Positions 18,473 to 22,427 of a DNA stretch of 22,427 bases are shown here, one piece after another (positions within the stretch are counted from its first letter, which is position 1; the number at the start of each line of letters is the position of its first letter). The translations under genes were made by a program, and so were the position numbers. The notes beneath the pieces were generated by a model. The model was not told where the DNA came from, did no database searches, and was given only the letters and a program-made list of their open reading frames with translations. The DNA is from Candidatus Thorarchaeota archaeon (GTDB lineage Archaea; Asgardarchaeota; Thorarchaeia; Thorarchaeales; Thorarchaeaceae). The DNA lies in NCBI GenBank assembly GCA_016840855.1, contig JAEORO010000092.1, forward strand, positions 1 to 22,427, in the 5' to 3' direction.

Positions 18473-18691
18473 GACATTCCCTCAAACAAGATTTTCTGAC
18501 GCTCGATTTATCACTTTCGAATCTCTTTGCTTTTTTTCACACAATTCTCCAAAACCCTAAGGCATGGAGATGATGACGAAGATTATTGTATCCATAATGC
18601 AGGCTCGAGGATTTAAGATGTTAAAGTTGCTTTCTCCTATTGTTATCTAATGTGCGATAGACTCAAATCTAAGATGAATTGAGATTGCCAC

Positions 18692-19732
18692 GTGACTACA
18701 ATGAAGAGTCTGTATGGACGCGATTTAATAACAACACAAGAATGGAGTGTTGAAGAGCTTGAGAAGACCTTGGATCTCTCATTTGAGTTCAAGGCTAACC
18801 GATACGACCATCCTCTGAATAACTGCCTTGAAAGAAGGACATTCTTCATGTTCTTCTACAACCCAAGTGTCAGAACTCGCCAGTCTTTCGAAGCTGCAGC
18901 CACTGAACTTGGGGGACATGCTCAATTCCTGGAGCCAAAAACGATGAGGCTCAAGACTGGAAAGTCAGCAGGTGAAACCGTCGAAGACGCGGCTCAGGTA
19001 ATGAGTCGTTATGCGGTAGGACTTGGAATTCGAATTCTAGAAACTGGCATTGAATATTATGGCCAAGGAGATGAGCTCTTGAGACAATATGCAGACAATG
19101 CAAGCATACCAATTATTTCAATGGCTCATGACAGGTTCCACCCCTGTCAGGGTCTTGCAGATGTTATGGGTTATCGGCAACATGCTGGCAAGAACCTTAA
19201 AGGCAAGAAAATCTTACAGGTCTGGGGAAAAGGCGCACTTGTCCGCTCGTGGTGTAGTGTCCAAGAGAGTATATTGATCAATTCACGGCTTGGAATGGAT
19301 GTCACACTTGCTCATCCTCCGGGTTATGATTTAGACCCAGAGGTCATCAAGTGGTGTGAGGAAAATGCTGCAGCGGCTGATAGTACATTTGAGATTGTTC
19401 ATGATCTTGAGGACGGCTACAAGAATGCTGACATAGTCTATTCACGCAACTGGATGACTGACGGCTTCTATGATGACATGATGAAAAGAGGTGTGGATGA
19501 AGCTAAGAAGAAAGAGATAGAGATTGCTGCAAAGTATGATGATTGGATAACAACAAGAGAGTGGATGTCACATACTAATAATGCCTATTTCACTCATTGC
19601 GGTCCAGTTGATAGAAATGCGGAAGTCACAGATGAGGTCTGTGACAGCCCTAGGTCTATTGTTTACGATGTTGCTGAGAACAGACTCCATGTTCAGAAAG
19701 CAATCATGGCATTAACTATGGGTAAGCAGTAA
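18692..19732 (+). CDS. Ornithine/aspartate carbamoyltransferase superfamily protein, YgeW/AOTCase-like (paralog 2)
   Basis: SVRTR, HPCQ, GMDVTLAHPPGYDL, YSRNW (no DxxxSMG), HCGP, AENRLH. Start is GTG 18692 or ATG 18701. Confidence 0.9.
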   Translation: MTTMKSLYGRDLITTQEWSVEELEKTLDLSFEFKANRYDHPLNNCLERRTFFMFFYNPSVRTRQSFEAAATELGGHAQFLEPKTMRLKTGKSAGETVEDAAQVMSRYAVGLGIRILETGIEYYGQGDELLRQYADNASIPIISMAHDRFHPCQGLADVMGYRQHAGKNLKGKKILQVWGKGALVRSWCSVQESILINSRLGMDVTLAHPPGYDLDPEVIKWCEENAAAADSTFEIVHDLEDGYKNADIVYSRNWMTDGFYDDMMKRGVDEAKKKEIEIAAKYDDWITTREWMSHTNNAYFTHCGPVDRNAEVTDEVCDSPRSIVYDVAENRLHVQKAIMALTMGKQ

Positions 19733-19740
19733 ACCATGTC

Positions 19741-19770
19741 AAGCCCCCATATCTATTGGGGGCTTTCTCT
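19741..19770 (+). terminator. Hairpin after transcarbamylase 2
   Basis: AAGCCCCCA-tatctat-TGGGGGCTT is a perfect 9-bp stem, followed by tctct. Confidence 0.6.
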
Positions 19771-19785
19771 ACTCAGTGATGAGTA

Positions 19786-20034
19786 GGAGTCATCCAATTT
19801 TTGAAGCAGTATCGCTCAGAATGCATTTTTTCGAGCTTACTGCTCGTTTCTAATAGGCGGAAGAATATTATTCGAGTTGTGCAAGGTAGGAATATTACTC
19901 GTCAGAGCTGGGAGGATAAAGTCGACTAGAAGGATGCGGGACTATTCAGGTTGTTGCTTGCACAGTAACTATGGCAAATCAACTCCAAATAATGTGGTGC
20001 CCATCGACGCTCGGACTTGAAACAGGAATACTCC
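19786..20034 (+). ncRNA. Putative structured RNA, element B (related to element A)
   Basis: Closing helix 19786-19795/20025-20034; hairpin 19803-19850 (AGCAGTA/TACTGCT, GCTC/GAGC); long arm 19875-19970 (TGTGCAAG/CTTGCACA, GAATA/TATTC, CTCGT/GCGGG). G-U pairs favour the + strand. Confidence 0.5.
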
Positions 20035-20056
20035 GTGGGTGCCAAACGGCGCCCAC
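20035..20056 (+). terminator. GC-rich hairpin at the 3' side of element B, just past the ABC ATPase stop
   Basis: GTGGGTGCC-aaac-GGCGCCCAC is fully paired only on + (U-G wobble) and is followed by a T-rich stretch. Confidence 0.5.
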
Positions 20057-20059
20057 ACT

Positions 20060-21145
20060 TCATTCTTTCTCAATCTCACTCCATCGATGACAACGGATAA
20101 AGTGGTCTTGTTTTACCTCTCTATATTCTGGTACTTCTTCCTTACATCTATCAATTACATACTGGCACCGAGGATGAAATGCACAGCCTTTTGGTATAGC
20201 CGTAAGGTCCGGAGGATCTCCTGGAATTCCCCTCAGTTTTGGTTTCTTTCCAGCACGCATCTGCATCATCGCGATTGTTGGAAAACTCGACATTAGACCC
20301 ATTGTGTAAGGATGCTGTGGGTTATGGAAGATATCAACAGCATTGGCATATTCGACAATCTTACCCGCATACATTATGGCAACTCTATCAGCCATTTCTG
20401 CAACAACACCTGCATCATGACTAATGAGAAGCAGTGACACATCAAACTCATCTCGTATCATCTTTAAGACATTCATTATCTGCCGTTGTATAGTAACATC
20501 CAAAGCTGAAGTCGGTTCATCAGCAATCACCAAGTACGGTCCAGCAATGAGTGCCATAGCAATCAGTATTCTTTGCGACTCTCCCCCGCTGAAGCTTCCA
20601 GGGTCTAGTACAAATCGCATGTTAGCATCAGCCAGTTGAACAAGCCCGAGATACTCGAGTACTTTCCTCTTGAGTTCAATAAGTCTAATGTTTTCATCGT
20701 GTATTTCAACTGGTTCTGCTGTCTGGTGCCCAATACTGTGCTGCGGATTAAGGGCATGACCAAGTCCCTGTGGAATAAGTGATAATTCACGTCCTCTAAT
20801 TGCGGTGAGTTCTTCTTGAGGTAGGGAGGATATCTCCTTTCCTCTGAAGAATACTTTCCCTCTAACGCCAGGTAAGTCGGCAGCACCAGGAACCCCTTTC
20901 TCGAACGCTCGTCGCAATGATGGATCATTTGATGTTCCTGCACTAAACCGTGCAACCTTTTCAAATAATCCCATAATGGCTAGTGCCATACTACTCTTCC
21001 CTGAGCCACTTTCTCCCAGAAGTCCAACACATTCACCCTCTCTAACTTCAAGAGAAACATCATCAACCGCTCTGACCAGTCCCTTTTTTGACGAGTAGTA
21101 AGCCCGTAAGTTTTCTAATATAAGTAATGGATCACCCTTGGTCAT
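20060..21145 (-). CDS. dppD: Oligopeptide/dipeptide ABC transporter ATP-binding subunit (DppD/OppD type)
   Basis: Walker A GESGSGKS, signature FSGGESQR, Walker B VIADEPTSALD, ISHD, HPYT, and C-terminal GCAFHPRC..C..C. Confidence 0.92.
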   Translation of the reverse strand: MTKGDPLLILENLRAYYSSKKGLVRAVDDVSLEVREGECVGLLGESGSGKSSMALAIMGLFEKVARFSAGTSNDPSLRRAFEKGVPGAADLPGVRGKVFFRGKEISSLPQEELTAIRGRELSLIPQGLGHALNPQHSIGHQTAEPVEIHDENIRLIELKRKVLEYLGLVQLADANMRFVLDPGSFSGGESQRILIAMALIAGPYLVIADEPTSALDVTIQRQIMNVLKMIRDEFDVSLLLISHDAGVVAEMADRVAIMYAGKIVEYANAVDIFHNPQHPYTMGLMSSFPTIAMMQMRAGKKPKLRGIPGDPPDLTAIPKGCAFHPRCQYVIDRCKEEVPEYREVKQDHFIRCHRWSEIEKE

Positions 21146-21226
21146 GTAGGCACCAACATGGGTTTTTATCTGTCGTGCTAATAAAGCGTATCAAAGAAGC
21201 ATTTTGGTGCAGGGCAACAATATGTT

Positions 21227-22132
21227 TTACCATGCACCTTCCTGAACTTCGAATGATCTAAGGACTAGATACATAATCAGCGCTGTGAAGATGCAAATCG
21301 AAAAGAATCCAAGTAGAAATGCAGGTGCTGATAATTGATTCCAAAATACTAAAGGCCCATAGATGTCAGTAAATGCGGTCACTCCCGTCAAATCTGCAAT
21401 AAACACAAGGAAATATGGCATGAATATGAAGAGTGCGACAGCTCCCAATATGTAAAGTGCACGTTTCCTCCAAATACTTTGCGCGCTCGGTTTGTGTGGT
21501 TCTTCGGTTTTGGTTATTTCTGCATCAATTTCTCTCTCAATCTTTTCATCCAATTGAGTTTCATCTCCACGTCTTTGCTTTCTTGCTGTCCTCATAAGCT
21601 TTTCATCATGTCGCCTGTCTAACCTATGTTTCCACCATTGCTTGAATCCTCGCCAAGTTACATCACTTGTTCGATCAAGCAAACTGTCAACGATAATGAA
21701 TGTAATCAACCCGATTATTAGCCCACTAAACACAGCTGGAAATATTCCATAGAATCGAACCACATTATGTGCCGCCAAGCCCACTCTGATGGCGACTAGA
21801 CCTGAAACAAGACCAATTCTATTATCGACGAGACTTCTTCGTGTATGTAAGTAATATGACCCTGCCATCATAATGAATAAGAAAAATGAGATTGCATCAA
21901 GGAAGAACCAAACAACCCACCATTCACTTAGAAGCGCAGCCCGTACAAATGGATTATACTCAAAAGTGGCACCAATTTGATAAAAGAGAAGAACTGTAAA
22001 GGTAGCATCAATGATTCCCACTGGTGAAAGGAGGAGAACAAAATTTCGCACCCATGGTTCATCCCACCATAATGTAAACATTTGATGCGAAGTCATTGTT
22101 GAAAATCTACTGGTCTTTTCCGCTGTCTGCAT
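21227..22132 (-). CDS. Multi-pass membrane protein with an N-terminal DUF5658-like region
   Basis: IDATFT...FEYNPF pattern, about 4 TM helices, a charged linker, then 2 more TM. AGGTG upstream of ATG 22132; the ORF track extends to 22201. Confidence 0.75.
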   Translation of the reverse strand: MQTAEKTSRFSTMTSHQMFTLWWDEPWVRNFVLLLSPVGIIDATFTVLLFYQIGATFEYNPFVRAALLSEWWVVWFFLDAISFFLFIMMAGSYYLHTRRSLVDNRIGLVSGLVAIRVGLAAHNVVRFYGIFPAVFSGLIIGLITFIIVDSLLDRTSDVTWRGFKQWWKHRLDRRHDEKLMRTARKQRRGDETQLDEKIEREIDAEITKTEEPHKPSAQSIWRKRALYILGAVALFIFMPYFLVFIADLTGVTAFTDIYGPLVFWNQLSAPAFLLGFFSICIFTALIMYLVLRSFEVQEGAW

Positions 22133-22231
22133 TCCAAATGGCACCTGCAACTTTTGCACGAAATTATTGCTATAAGCATTTCCAACTAGGCCATGAATCA
22201 AACTGAATATGTATAAAATAATTAAATCCCG

Positions 22232-22269
22232 AAAAATAAGAAGAGAGACCGAGGTAGCAACCCCGGTCT
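22232..22269 (-). terminator. Hairpin plus U-tract after the substrate-binding protein gene
   Basis: On the - strand AGACCGGGGT-tgct-ACCTCGGTCT (one G-U) is followed by ctcttcttattttt. Confidence 0.6.
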
Positions 22270-22313
22270 ACATTTGTTCTATTGCTTTAGAGTAAGTACT
22301 TGATTACTATTGA

Positions 22314-22427
22314 CTATACAGTCTTGTAGTAGTGGTACCAGTACTCGTCATGCATTGGGTTGAACACATATCCATTCATCCAGGCACCTTCAACGTGGAA
22401 TTCAATGCCTTGTGAGGTCCAGATGAA
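22314..22427 (-). CDS. C-terminal fragment, probably of an ABC peptide substrate-binding protein (OppA/DppA family); start lies outside the window
   Basis: Manual translation gives FIWTSQGIEFHVEGAWMNGYVFNPMHDEYWYHYYKTV*, which resembles family-5 SBP C-termini. A terminator hairpin follows and dppD is nearby. Not in the ORF track. Confidence 0.65.
   Translation of the reverse strand, partial: FIWTSQGIEFHVEGAWMNGYVFNPMHDEYWYHYYKTV

Noticed and set aside
18556-18603. ATGATGA C box or fluoride-riboswitch-like GGAGATG in a weak hairpin upstream of transcarbamylase 2
   Set aside because: There is no CTGA D box at a suitable distance, and the crcB P1/pseudoknot pattern is not met.
19803-19850. AGC-containing hairpin resembling group II intron domain V
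   Set aside because: The stem is too long, there is no domain VI or AY end, no RT ORF, and the counterpart in element A is too short.
19786-20034. Element B as RNase P or SRP RNA (GGAGGATAAAGTCG resembles GAGGAAAGUCC; CGGACTTG lies near the 3' end)
   Set aside because: There is no ACAnAA..GCUUA CR-V, the P4 bulged-U register does not fit, and there is no SRP helix-8 CAGG..GGAA..AGCA motif. Infernal should still be run.
146-20964. Short alternative-frame and antisense ORFs in the track (e.g. 146-427, 7335-7727, 10549-10887, 20039-20296, 20605-20964)
   Set aside because: They overlap well-supported genes and lack motifs, so they are treated as shadow ORFs.
1-22427. CRISPR array, tRNA, rRNA, transposase or integrase
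   Set aside because: I saw no regularly spaced repeats, cloverleaf/T-loop motifs or mobile-element ORFs.

Overview
This AT-rich window looks archaeal: GGTGA/GAGG ribosome-binding motifs are present, and the protein repertoire suggests an Asgard archaeon, possibly Thorarchaeia (inference only). It holds about 19 CDS and no rRNA, tRNA, CRISPR array or transposase. The genes are: a 1848-aa surface protein (two FG-GAP propeller regions, Ig-like repeats, seven C-terminal TM helices); a CoA-disulfide reductase/NADH oxidase; a macrodomain plus degenerate macrodomain pair divergent from a Nudix hydrolase; two divergent YgeW/AOTCase-like transcarbamylases; a SnoaL/NTF2 protein; a penicillin-acylase-family Ntn hydrolase; a GOLD/p24-like membrane protein; FprA and rubrerythrin; a PH-like protein; and parts of an oligopeptide ABC system. 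The most unusual non-coding signal is two multi-stem elements in convergent spacers (9618-9798 on -, 19786-20034 on +). They share colinear sequence blocks and architecture, and each lies downstream of, and co-oriented with, a transcarbamylase paralog, which makes them a candidate new RNA family. Most other spacers also fold, and several genes end in GC-rich hairpins with U-tracts. All folds and alignments were done by eye.
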